Assembly: GCA_964036045.1 (NCBI GenBank)
Contig: OZ038378.1
Coordinates: 196,664,001-196,728,000, forward strand
DNA: 64,000 nucleotides
Source of the DNA: Eutreptiella sp. 'Long Island Sound 2002'
Lineage: Eukaryota > Protista > Euglenida
Reading direction: 5' to 3'
Position numbers and translations under genes: made by a program. Positions 8,875 through 20,000 of this stretch are shown here, piece after piece (position 1 is the stretch's first letter; the number at the start of each line of letters is the position of its first letter). The notes beneath the pieces were generated by a model, which was not told the origin of the DNA, searched no databases, and worked only from the letters and a program-made list of their open reading frames with translations.

Positions 8875-10430
8875 TCCAAAAATATTTGACTATTTATGGA
8901 AGCACTTTTCCTTTATAGGAACCAAGGGCACAGGATCAATGTTTTACCACCAAAAAGAAAACCTCTTGCAGAGTTTTATGAAAAAAATGTGCCCTATGCT
9001 TGTGGATGGGGGTGGGGATTCCTCGAAGACCTTCAGCCCCAAGACACAAGGCAAATGCACAATGCAAATGAATGACGTGTTGGTCGTGGGTTGGGAGTCC
9101 TTGAGTGCTGAGTTACCTTGAACCTTGAACTCACAACCTCGATGAACTTGAGTAGAGTTGATCACGACCTCACGACCTCATGATGCAACGTGGACAATGG
9201 AGGTCCTATGAAGAGACATCCACAACAATAAGAGAATGAAATCAATGGGGAGAGAGTGGGGAAAGCACACGACCCATACACGGTTTACACCACCAAACCA
9301 TTGGAGCTTGACAAAGGTTGAGGGGTGTACATCACTACCATATGATGGAAAAACTGATTGGGAATGACATCATGAAAATCTCAATATCTTCATACCCGTG
9401 AGTGGGGAAGAGAGCACAACACACACACAATGCACATGCAACATGGAGCAATTGCTCCTAGAAAGGCGGCTCTCAACTCACTATAGGCTTGGAGATATCT
9501 TGAGTCCAAATACATGCTTGCAAATGCATCGTAATGAAAATGGCTCAAGTTTATGTCCAAATGACAACATTATTTGGAATTGATCACCAAGCATGAGTGG
9601 AGTTGAAATGAACTACCAACAATAAATGTTGCCCATAATCCAATGTTAATGTAGTGCAAAGCATATGTGTCAACTCCTAAAAGACTAAGAGATATGACCT
9701 TGCCATTATGGTGCACAATGGACAAAACGGGGAAAATGTCCATTTGCTTGGTAGTGTATCTCCAAGCCTAAGGGGAGTGGGGATGGTTCATGATACATGG
9801 GAGTCAAGCATAGTCCCATGTTGATGCACAATCAATTGCCTATCCCAACTCGACATGGGTTTGGAGATATAAAAATGGATTGGAAAATCGAAATCAAGGA
9901 ATGAATTCTTTGGCGTAGTTGGGGTATGCAACACCCATCCCATTCTCTTGAATCCCAATTGAGGCGTTCACAAGCCTCAATCACTTATGAGGAGAGGAGA
10001 ACCATCCTTTACCTCATCATAGTCATGTATGGCCATGTTGACCTTGGAATGAACTTTTTCATGGAGAATGGAGTCGGCATTAGTTTGGAATGATTAGGCA
10101 TGGACCAAGTCAACAACAAGACCAACATAACACATATTGTTCGAAGAAGCTTCATCAATGAATTCGACACTCAATTTGGTCCAAGGCGGTTTCGACCCAA
10201 ACCGGCCGGGACCTGTCGGAATCCCTAGCAAATCTCGATCTTTTTGATATAAAAAAATGATCGAGATCTGTCCTATTGAAAAAGCTTTTGAAATCCCCAA
10301 AACTTGAAGACGCCACCGCTGACGGCGCCCGGCGATCCCGATCGCCGCGTCCGGCATTCCAAATCTCAGATTTTAAAAAATTCTGAGATTCTTTGATCAA
10401 AATTACCCTCCGAAGCCCGATTTCATTACA
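8875..10430 (-). repeat. Putative 5' LTR plus leader of E1 (inner LTR boundary and PBS not identified)
   Basis: Non-coding and AT-rich, upstream of gag, with a TG terminus at 10430 and several hairpins at 10232-10390. The second LTR is outside the window, so this cannot be confirmed by repeat identity. Confidence 0.55.
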
Positions 10431-11119
10431 GTGTGTCCGTCCTGCACCAGGTCCGTGACCCCTTGGTCTGCAGCCCCCGTGACACTCGCCTGTGGGGACA
10501 CTACTTGTATTGTGTGCCCTTTGGCCCTCCTCCCAGCCGCCTCGTCATAGTCAACCATGGTCATAACCTTGCGCATCCGGTGCATTTCTGTGTCTGGGTC
10601 CCACTCTCCGGCCATGCCTCTGCCTCTGCTTCCACTGCCCTATGTCAGGTGCCTCTTGAGCCGCTCCCGCATGTGCTTGAGAAGGCATTGTCGCGGCCAC
10701 CCGGTCCATGTGTCCCAGGTGGGAGGGTGTCCCCACATGTGTCCATGGGTAGGGCCACATGCCCCCTCCTTTGGGCGGCAGCTCTGGGGGCTGCCCAGCC
10801 GTGTGGAGTATCTCTCACCACAACGGGTATTGCTCCCGCTAGTCTACGGTACCACCGCCTCACCCTTGTGGCTTGAGTTGCGGGGCCACTCTGCTTGGCA
10901 GGCGACCCCCTCCTGGACTGTGTACCGGCTCGCCTGTCACCGGTTGCTTCCATGGCTCCGGGTGACGTTTGCCATGGTCCCCGATGCAGCCTGGCCGGAC
11001 TCGGACCAGAGGCCTTGGAGTACCGCTCCTGCCACTGGCCCGGTGGGTCGGCTGGGTCGCCCCAGTGCGTCCGACCCATGGGGTGTTGGTTCTTTCCTGT
11101 CCCTCGGCCGCCCTACGTG

Positions 11120-11850
11120 TGTGCAGTGTCCTGGGCCGCTTGGCTCCTGTTCACCGGTGTGCCCGCGCGGTTTGTTGTGTTGCGTCTGCGGTGTCCTAGG
11201 CCACTTGGCTCCTGTTCACCGGTGTGCTCGCTCGGTGTGTTGTGTTGCGTATGCGGTGTCCTGGGCCACTTGGCTCACGTTCACCGGTGCGCCCGCTGGG
11301 TGTGTTGTGTTGCGCGTGCGGTGTCCCAGGCCACTGGGCTCCTGTACACGGGTGCGCCCGCTCGGTGTGTTGCTTTGCGTGCGCGGTGTCCTGGGTCTCT
11401 TGGCTCCTGTTCACCGGTGTGCCCGCTCGGTGTGTTGTTTTGTTTGTGCGGTGTCCTGGGCCACTTGGCTCCTGGCCACCGGTGTGCCCGCGCGGTTTGT
11501 TGTGTTGTGTCTGCGGTGTCCTGGGCCACTTCGCTCCTGTTCACCGGTGTGCCCGCTCGGTGTGTTGTGTTGCGGGTGTGGCGTCCTGGGCCCCTTGGCC
11601 CCCGCTCACCGGTGTGCCCGCCCGGTGTGTTGTGTTGCGTGTGCGGTGTCCTGGGCCACTTGGCTCCTGTTCACGGGTGCACTCGCTTGGTGTGTTGCTT
11701 TGCGTGCGCGGTGTCCCGGGCCACTTGGCTCTTGTTCACCGGTGTGCCAGGCCGTGGTGTCTCGTCCCTTTGTTGCCCTCGGTGCACGCGCGTGTGCGGT
11801 GTCCTGGCCCTCGTGGCGCTCGTTCACCGGTGTGCGCGCTGTGTGCGGTG
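11120..11850. repeat. 65-bp minisatellite, about 11 units, most containing the palindrome CACCGGTG
   Basis: The anchor ggtgtcc (or a close variant) recurs at 11125, 11190, 11255, 11320, 11385, 11450, 11515, 11580, 11645 and 11710 (period 65), with a diverged last unit near 11798. Confidence 0.93.
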
Positions 11851-12421
11851 TGCGTGTGCCATTGGTGGTTGTGTACCTCTTCCTCCCCCCCTAATTTTCG
11901 TTTTTTTTTAATGGCAGAAACAAAAAGGTAAGGAAAACAGGGGCGCGCGTGCACTGCAGACAGGCGCGGGCAGCTGGTGCGGCGGTGCAATAGTGTTGTG
12001 TCCTCTGGCGTGTGTCGTCGGTGCTGTGGCGGCGGTCGCGCCCCAGGGGTGCAGCTCGCGCGTCCTGATGTACACGGGTATGGGCCAGGGTGGGTTTGGT
12101 TAGGTGTCTCTTTGCTTCTGGAGCTGACGGGTTAGGCGGCTGTGTGGGCTGTGGGTGTGGGCTGTGGTTACGTTGTTCCCTCGGCGGGCCTGGTTAGGAG
12201 TCAAGGGTTAGCGGTTTCGGGGTGTGGCTCGGGTTTGATTTGTGTTTGGGTTTTGGCTCGGTTAGGCGGTTGCGACGGTAGCGGGCCTGGGTTCGGTGCC
12301 TTTGGGCGTAGTGGTGCCCGTTGTCGTGTGCGTTGGCGTCCTTCGGCGTCCGGTTCGTTTGGTGACTTCTGGGCGGGGCCTGGCGTGGCGCCCCGTGGTG
12401 GTGGTTTGCTGGGCAACGGGG

Positions 12422-15400
12422 TTAGGTGGCGGCGCCGCTGGCCGGGGGGTCAGGCGCATCGTGTTGTGTGGCGCGCAGGGCTCCTGGGGTGCTGTTGGTG
12501 CCGCCGGTGTCGGTGCGCCGACGCTTGTGGGGTGGTGAGGGGGTGTGCGTGTGCGGGGCTGGGCTTTGGGTGATGTCCCATAGGCGGATGCCGTCTCGAT
12601 GTGTCTCCTGGAGGGTCTCCCGCAGGCGCCTGAGGACATACGGGTGGTCCTGGGGGACAGGGAGGTTGCGGGGGCGGACTCCCAGGGGGTGGAGCGCATC
12701 GGCCAGCATGGCTTCCCATGCGGCCTGCGGCATCCACCCCCCCCGCCGGCTGGAGGCGGCAGTTCTCCACCGACCCCTTGCGGGGCCGGTGCACCAGGCC
12801 CTCGAGGGAGGGCTCTCCCCGGGTTCACTTTCGCAGCTCCCAGAGCTGCGTGTGGGTCCAGCGCTGCCACCACTGTCCCTGGGCGAGGCCGCGGTCTTGG
12901 GCGGAGGAGTGGGCGTGGGTGGTTGTGATGGGGTCGTGGGGACCGGTGGCGGTGGCGGGCCTGGGGGATTCCTCGTAGTCCTGTAACGTGGGGGTGCGCG
13001 GGGAGTGGGGGCGCGAGCGGATGTGGACCCGCGGGTGTGCGCGCACGGTCTCCGCCTCGGGGTTGGGTGGGGACTCGCGGCGGCGGCGGTAGCGGGGCAT
13101 GCGCTGTATGTGGGCTGTCATCGAGGGTTGGTAGGGGGGCGGGGACGCTGCTGGCGGACCCTGGCGTCGTTCTGGCCTGGTCGGGGGCGGTCCCTGGGCC
13201 TGGGGTGCGGGCTTTGAGAGCTGGCGGGACGAGGTGCGTTGTGCTTCGGCCGCGGGGCGCTCCGCTATGAAGGTGGTGGCGGCGGCGTCGGTGACGGTGG
13301 GGGGGCGCCGTGCTGGGCGCTGCTGCCTCCGGGCCTGGGACGGCTTGGGCCGAATGTCATAGAGGACGTCCTTGGGGGGTCGGGCTCGCGCTGCTGTCGT
13401 GGCGCCGGTTTTGGACTTGGGTTTGGGCTTGGCTGCGGGTTCCGGTCGTGGAGCGCTGACAGGTTCGGGTGGCTGTTTGGCGGCGGTCTTGGGTTTCGGC
13501 TGGGTCGCGGGTGTGGGCCTAGTCGGGGCGTGGGCCTTGGCGGCGGCGGGGTTGCTCGCGGTGGGGGCGGGTTTGGGGGCCCGTTTGGGAGGTGTGCCCC
13601 GCGGCCCGGGGGGTGGAGTGCTGGATGAGGACGTGGTGGTGGTGGTGGATGAGGTGGTCGTCGTGGTGGAGGTTGTGGAGTTGGAGGCGGAGGAGAGGGC
13701 TGTGGGAGACAGCGGAGGGCCCTGGGCTTCGGGGGCGGGCGTAGGATGCTTGGTCCTGCAAGTAGCGAGAACGAGGGTGCGGGTTCGGGCACCGGGCGTG
13801 TGCGCGCGTTTTCCCTGGTGACCCGTGCGTGCTGGTGCTGGTGTGGCGGCGTTGTCTCGGCTGCGCGGGCACCTGGGTTACCCGGGGGGTGGCCATATCT
13901 GCTCCAGGTCGTGCGGGTGTGTTTGCTGGAGGTAGTCGAGGGTGCGGAAGAGAAGTCGCTGGATGCCGGGCACGTCCTTCTCTGTGAGGTGGGGGTAGTT
14001 TTGGGGGGGGTTGTCTGGGCCCGGCCACAGCAGCGCCATGAGGCGGGCTGCCACCATGTATGGGCAGAGCTGTAGGGTGTTGGGGCGGGGGGGGTGGGTC
14101 CCCTGCGGTTTGGGGGGGCTTCCCTCTGCTGGAGGCGCAGCGTGATCACCCACAGCCACCGGTCCGTGGGGATCCCCCAGGTCCATTGGGTCCACTTGGC
14201 GAGGCAATACATCACCCTACCAAGGCCCTGGCTGCCGCTGCGGATGGAGAGCAGCGTGTCCAGGGATTTGCGTTCCCACGTCCCCCAGATGTGGGGGTCG
14301 TCCGGCTCGTCCCCCCTGGCGTACGTGTCGAGGCCTGGGTTGTGTGGGGGGGGGGCGTAGTCGGCGGGGAGGAGGGAGTCGGTGCCGTGCACCACCCAGT
14401 GGTCAGTTGATGCGTGGTAGTGGTTGGTGGAGAGGGTGTAGTGCAGATTGTACATGAGAGTCATATACGTGGAGGGGGTTGGCTGCTGGTCGTCGGGGGT
14501 GGGGATGTCCCCCGGGACGTGGTGCCGGAAGTTGCTCAGGGAGGCCATCCGGGCTACCCATGTTTCCCGCTCCCACACTTTTGTGTTGTCGGGGGTGGCG
14601 CTGGGTGGGGGGTGGGCCATGTTGGGCTCGCGGTAGCGGGTGCGGCCCTGGGTGCTGTCCCGCTCCGGCACGGGGTGTCCGACTAGGTGTCGCCCCCAGT
14701 CGATGGGGGGCACCCAGATCCGGCTCCCCGTGGGGGGCGGGCTCTCGCCGTCTGGGGTGGCGCGTGGGGGGCGGTCGTGTCGGGCGACGTGGAGGAAGGC
14801 GTCGAAGAGGAAGTCTCGGACGCCTTCCCCCAGGTTGGCCGCCTGGACGGGGGTGGTCGCCCGGATGCGCTAGGTGGTGCCGGAGGTGCGGAGGCACAGC
14901 ACGCCCTGGTCCCCGAGTCCCTGGAGGTGCTGCCGTACCGCTGCGGGGTTGTGTAGGGCGTAGGGTTCGGCCGGTGCGGCGGCTGGTGGTGCGGGGTGTG
15001 TTGGGGGGGGTGGTGTGGGTTGGGGGGGGGGGTCGTCGTTGTCGCGTGTGGGGTCCGGTGATGGGGTCTCTTGTGGCGGTCGCGGGAGGGAGGATTCGCG
15101 GTGGCGTGTGTCGGCGGGGGCATCGACGTCAATTGGCTGGTGCCGGCTGCCGCGTGTTGCGTCCGTGGCCTGGTCTCGGGGGGGGGGGGCGGAGGGGGGT
15201 GGTGTGGGGGTGGCACTGTTGGTGGTGGGGGGGGCGGGGGTGGGTATTGTGCTGGCTGGGGGTCCGGGCATCCCTGTGGGTCGTGTGGGTGTTGCGTGTG
15301 TGCGCCGTGCGGTCCTTGCGGTTCTTGACTGGTTGTGGTGCCGGGATGTGGGTGGGAGGCGGCCGCATGGGCGTCCGGGTGGGGCTGTGGTCCGTATGTA

Positions 15401-16980
15401 ATGGGTGGCTGCTGGTGGATGGTGCTCGCTGGTATGGGGGGTTGGTTTGGGGGGGCTGCTGGTGGTGGTGGGGCGCTCCTACTAAGCCCTGGTGTTGCTG
15501 GTGTGCGTGCGCAGCTCCCTGCGGGTCCATGGGGGTGTACCGTGGCTCGTGTGTCGTGGGCCCGTGTAGTGGGGGCGGCGGGTGGTGCTGGACCGCGTGG
15601 TGATGGTGTTGAGGGTGTGCTGGTTCTGTGTGGTACCCCGGCGTCGGTGGGTGTGGTGGTAGGGGCTGGTGGTGGTGGAATACGTGATGGTGTGGTGCAG
15701 TGATGTGTGCCATGTGGGGTGGGTGGTTCGTGGGGCCTGGTTGTGCTGGGGCGTGGTGGGGATGTACCTGGTGGGGGTCGCTGTAGCATGGGGGCATTAG
15801 GGGGTAGGGGTTGGGAGGGACGGGGGCGTGGTGGTGGTGTTGGTGGTGCCATGTCCCCTGGCTCTGCGCATATGGTGGTCCTGGCATGGTGTGGACGTGT
15901 GCGGGCGGTGATGGCTGACTGGGCTGCAGGGTTCGGGTGCTGCGGTACGGTGGTGGTGCTGGGCGCTGGCGGGGGCGGTGCTGTTGGTGTGCCCCGGGGG
16001 TCTGGGCGTGGGGTGGTGCGGTGTGGCTGGACCAGGGCCCTGGTCGGGGCGTCGCGCCCTGCTGGCGGGCGCGCTGGCGGGCCCCCTGACCTGTCTTGGT
16101 CTTCTTGGCCTGGTGGGTGTCGGGGGCGGGTGAACCCCCCTGTCCCCGTGGGGGCTACGGGGAGCGGGCGTGCCAGCGGTGTGCCTCTCGGAGGCTCGTC
16201 TCGAGGCCTCTGACGTAGGTGCGCTGGTCTGTGAGGCCCATCCGTGTGGCAGTGGCCTCGTCGGGGGCGGCCAGGTGGGCGTCCCGAAACGACGCCCAGC
16301 CCTCCGGGGGCTTCAGTTGTGCGGGATGGGGGTGGTGTGCCGGGTAGAGGAGTGCGCTGAGTGGGTAAGGTGTTCCTTTCCGTCGGCCGAGGGCGGTGTT
16401 GAACCGGCGCCAAGTGATTCGAAGTTAGGCTGCTATCTCCTCTGGTACCGTGTCCGCCCACGCTTCTGGCGTCAGGGGTGCTGCTTGGGGGGCCGGGAGT
16501 TGTGGGTCTGGGAGGTGTAGGTCACGGTGGTGGAGGTATAGGGCGAGGAGGATGTGGCGGTCCGCCACGTTCAAGCCGCCTCCGCTGTGGCGTAAGGATG
16601 GGCTGTGGGGGGGCAGGGGTGTGCTGCCCGTGGCCACGGCTATGGTCCATGCGTGGTCCGCCGCGTCCGCCACGTAGTACCCTCCCAGGTGGTCCCGGAC
16701 GGTGTCGGTGAGTGGCCCGAAGAAGCTGGGGTGGCTGGCGGGGGGGGGTGCGGCTGGGGCCGCGGGCCGCTCGCGGTGGTGGGAGTTGAGGTCCCCGCAG
16801 TGGGGGCAGTGGGTGAGGCGGTGCGCGGCTCCCAGGCAGATTCAGTGGTCTGGGTTGCAGGGCAGGGCCGTCTGTGGTAGCCGCTGGCGTACGCAGAGGG
16901 GACATGCGGTGGCTGGCGGTTGGTGGTACCTGTGGACGGACGGTGGCGTGGGGGGATGGGGGCTGGTGGCGCGCGCATGC
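12422..16980 (-). pseudogene. Degenerate extra ORF ('ORF3') of element X downstream of ORF2: RING-like Cys cluster, Pro/Thr-rich linkers and Trp-rich globular-looking blocks
   Basis: CPLC-x11-CNPDH*ICLGAAHRLTHCPHC at 16904-16797. Blocks such as HIWGTWERKSLDTLLSIRSGSQGLGRVMYCLAKW and WWQRWTHTQLWELRKW...AWEAMLADAL are conserved in copy Y (ORF 25332..26030 is unbroken). Confidence 0.55.
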
Positions 16981-17096
16981 TGGTGGGCATGTGTGCGGTG
17001 CCTGTGGTGCACGTGTGTGCTGTGCCAGTGTTGTGCTCCGTGGATGGTGTGTAGGCGTGGTGGGGGTTCGGTGTTGGTATGTCAGGGGGTAGGTTC

Positions 17097-20000
17097 TCAT
17101 GGTTGGTAGAACAGGAGTTTGAGGAGATGGGCTTGGTCTCTTTGGGGCAGGGTTGCTGCATGCTGCAGGTATTTGTGGGTGCGGTATGTGAGCTGCTCCG
17201 CTGTCTTGGCAACGGCCGTCCGCTGCATGTGCGCCGCCGTGGCCTGGGGGTCCTCCGCGTGGGTGCGTAGCAAGGTGTAGACGGCAGTGGGGACGAGTCC
17301 CCTGCGGACCGCCTCGAGTACCTCCGTCTGCTTGAGGACGGTGGTGAGTTGCTGGGTTGCCGGGGACTGCGTCAGCCATCCGGCGTGCTGTGGCATGGTG
17401 TGGGTTGGGTTCCAGTCTGTGAGGGTGTCCAGTCCTCTGTACAGGGGGCACACCTTGAAGTGGTCCCAGGTTTCTTCTTCCGCGTGGCCACAGATGCATT
17501 TGGTGTATCCTGCGGGGACGTGGATCGAGCGGCGCGCATACCATCGGTGGTATCGGGTGAGGAGGGGAAGCTGTTTGAGGGCGAGTTGGAGTCAGGGTTT
17601 TTGTAGGTGTGCTGGGAGGCTATCCGGGCGCAGGGCGGAGTAGTAGAGGGGGGTGTTGACGGAGTCTTCGAGGCGTCGGAGGAGTTCGGTGTTCGCTGGC
17701 TGGCCCAGTGTGGTGGCCAGTTGCTGGATGGGTGTGGGGTAGTGGTACTCCTTGTCTCGATCTGTGTACGGCGTGTCCTCAGGCATCCATAGGGGGGGCT
17801 GTGTGGCCGGGGGTATCGGGGGCAGGTGCTGCAGGTGGCTGTGGTGTGGGGTGTCGAGTCGGACGTGTTCGAGCCCTGGGGTGTGGCTGGTGTTCTGGTG
17901 TTTGGCCTGCTTGTCTGCGCGTCCATTGCCGTATGCGTAGCGGTGTGACTCCTGTTTGACGATGTGTAGGGCGTCCTTGGGGTGCATGCCCCTCAAGGCC
18001 ATCCATAGTCCCAACGCTTGTGTGGTGAGGCCGGACTCGAGTGCCTTGTGGAGGGGCAGGTCCGCAAGGTGCCTGGTGAGGTGGATGTCGACCGTGGTGT
18101 CCACGACTACCCAGATGTTGCGGGGCCGGATCGTTTTGGGTGGCGGTGTGGCGGTGACGGCGTCTGCCATGGTGCGCAGTTCGCCGTGGGAGGACGCCCC
18201 AAAGATGGTGGCCCCGGTGTGGTGTTCCACGTGGAGGCCGTCCGCGTGCCGGGTGATGCGCACGGAGGCGCAACCGACCGTGGGGGTGCGTTGCTGGGTG
18301 CTGGATGCGTCAGTGAAGTAGATGATGTCGGTGTCGCTGGGTATGGGTAGGCGGGCAACTGCTGTGGGGTGATAGACGTAGATGGGGTTCCCTTGGGCGG
18401 TTCTGGCGGTGATTTGCGTGGGTTGTAGTAGCGGCGCTGCATAGACGCCTTTCCCCTGGGTGATGATGGCCTGGGCTCGTGGGGTGAGGCGGAAGAGGCC
18501 CCTGTCTGGGCGCCCCTGGGTGATATACGCGTACATCAGGTGGAAGAGGTATCCCGTATCGGGCTGGAACTTCTGGCACGTGATGGTCTGTTGCCGCTCC
18601 TTGTCGTCTTTGTCGCCGCGGAGGGTGGGGCATTTGTGCTGTAGGGGGCGCATGGGTGCCTCCTGAGGTCCTGCGCGGTGTGGGTCGCAGCGGTCGTACT
18701 CTATGGCCACGCTGTCCGGGTCTGCCCGCTCGTTGGTGAACGTCCATGTCGCCGTGGGTGTTCGGGTCCAGGCTACGTGCGCCGGGTGGTCTGGGGGTAC
18801 CGTGTGAAACCAGGGGGAGAGCCATGCCTGCTGGTCGGCGGTGGCGGCGGCGGTGGGGGTGTGGTAGTGGGTGGAGATGAGGTGTAGCAGGGGCCACGGA
18901 GTGTCGAGGGCTGCCGGGCCGCAGTGCCAGCACGTGCGTGGTATGCCCTTGTCACTGTGTCTGACTGGTGGTACATCGGTCTCCGGTGCATTGTGTTTGG
19001 GGATGGACCAGGGCCAGGGTGTCGCTGGACAGTGCGGGTAGCATGTTTGTGGCCGTTTGGTGCTAGTAGCAGGACGGTGGGTGGTGTCCAGCCTTCAGCT
19101 GACGGGGTGGGCTCCTCCTGCGTCGTGCCGCCGTCGTTGGGGGTCTCGTGCTCGCTCGGGCGGGGCCGGGGGTGCTGGCGCTGGAAGGCTTTGTACGCCG
19201 TGTCGGTGTCCTTGGGCCCCGGCATGTCGCGCCCTGCCTTCGTAGCACATGCGCGTAGGTACGTTTGGAAGACGTGGCGTGCTGGCCATTGTGGGTCGGA
19301 AAGGAACGGGGCGTGGTGGGCGTCGCACTGGGCCATGATCCTCATCTGTGTTGGGGTGATATACACTATGGTGACGGTGGCCCCCACGAGGCGCAGGGTG
19401 TCCACCTCGCCTGCCGGGTGTCGGTGGATGTCAGTGTGGGTGGCCACGAGTGGCCCCTGTTGATCGCAGTGGTGGTTTGTCAGGATGAGGTGCGTGTGGT
19501 GCGGTAGGAGCAGTTGTAGCTGGGCCCAGATGCCAGTGCCCACGGAGGTGGAGACGCCGTGTTGCGCCAGTATCCACCGGGGGCAGGTGTTGCGGGCCAT
19601 TTGCGCTTCTTTTATGCGTATGGCTGCCGCCTCGCGAACTTCAGGTTGGTGGTTGTGTGTCACCCTGTGTAGGAGGTGCGCTGCGTTTTTGGCATAGGCT
19701 ATGTCGACCAGGGCGCCTGTATTGTCTCCGTAGTAGCGCCAGTGGGCCATCATGGCCTTCTTGGGGAAAGACGTGGGCCAGCCACCGTGTTGCGCCCATG
19801 CCTTCGTCACTTGCTGTCGAGCGTGGCGTAGGGCATCTTGGGGGCGCGGGAGGTGCAGGGCTTGGTACCCGATGGCCGCGTTGAGCACCGCTTCCATGAA
19901 GTACGCCAGGCCCTGCGTAGACAGGAGGTCCCCCCTGGCAATTGGGGGTAGCCGGGCGAGGCGCTCTTCCAGCTTGCTTGGGAGTGTGATGTGGTGGTGC

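Larger units (their letters stand above)
1..10430 (-). mobile_element. Ty3/Gypsy-type LTR retrotransposon E1 (gag - PR - dUTPase - N6-MTase-like - RT...), apparently intact, runs off the left edge
   Basis: The minus strand starts TGTAATG at 10430, at an abrupt junction with GC-rich LINE sequence. It then has a 1.5 kb AT-rich LTR/leader, gag with two CCHC knuckles, protease DTGA, dUTPase motifs, an MTase-like domain and Gypsy-type RT (WRLVIDYRHLN, DLEDGFHQM, PMG, YIDD). There are no frameshifts over ~8.9 kb. Confidence 0.93.

Noticed and set aside
9300-9345. tRNA primer-binding site for E1 (e.g. ...catcactacca|tatg or ...acaccacca)
   Set aside because: The match to any tRNA 3' end I know is limited to the last 5-6 nt, and the LTR inner end is undefined.
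10455-10464. gtgacccctt matches the flank of Z's 5' LTR (29502-29511), suggesting a TSD
   Set aside because: It is not adjacent to any Z LTR end and is embedded in X-like GC-rich sequence, so it is treated as coincidence.
11120-11850. Regular palindromic array as a CRISPR array, and the Cys/Val-rich ORFs over it (10557..11894, 10895..11911, 26317..27729) as proteins
   Set aside because: There are no unique spacers (whole 65-bp units repeat), no cas genes, and the context is eukaryotic. The ORFs arise in all frames from a stop-poor repeat.
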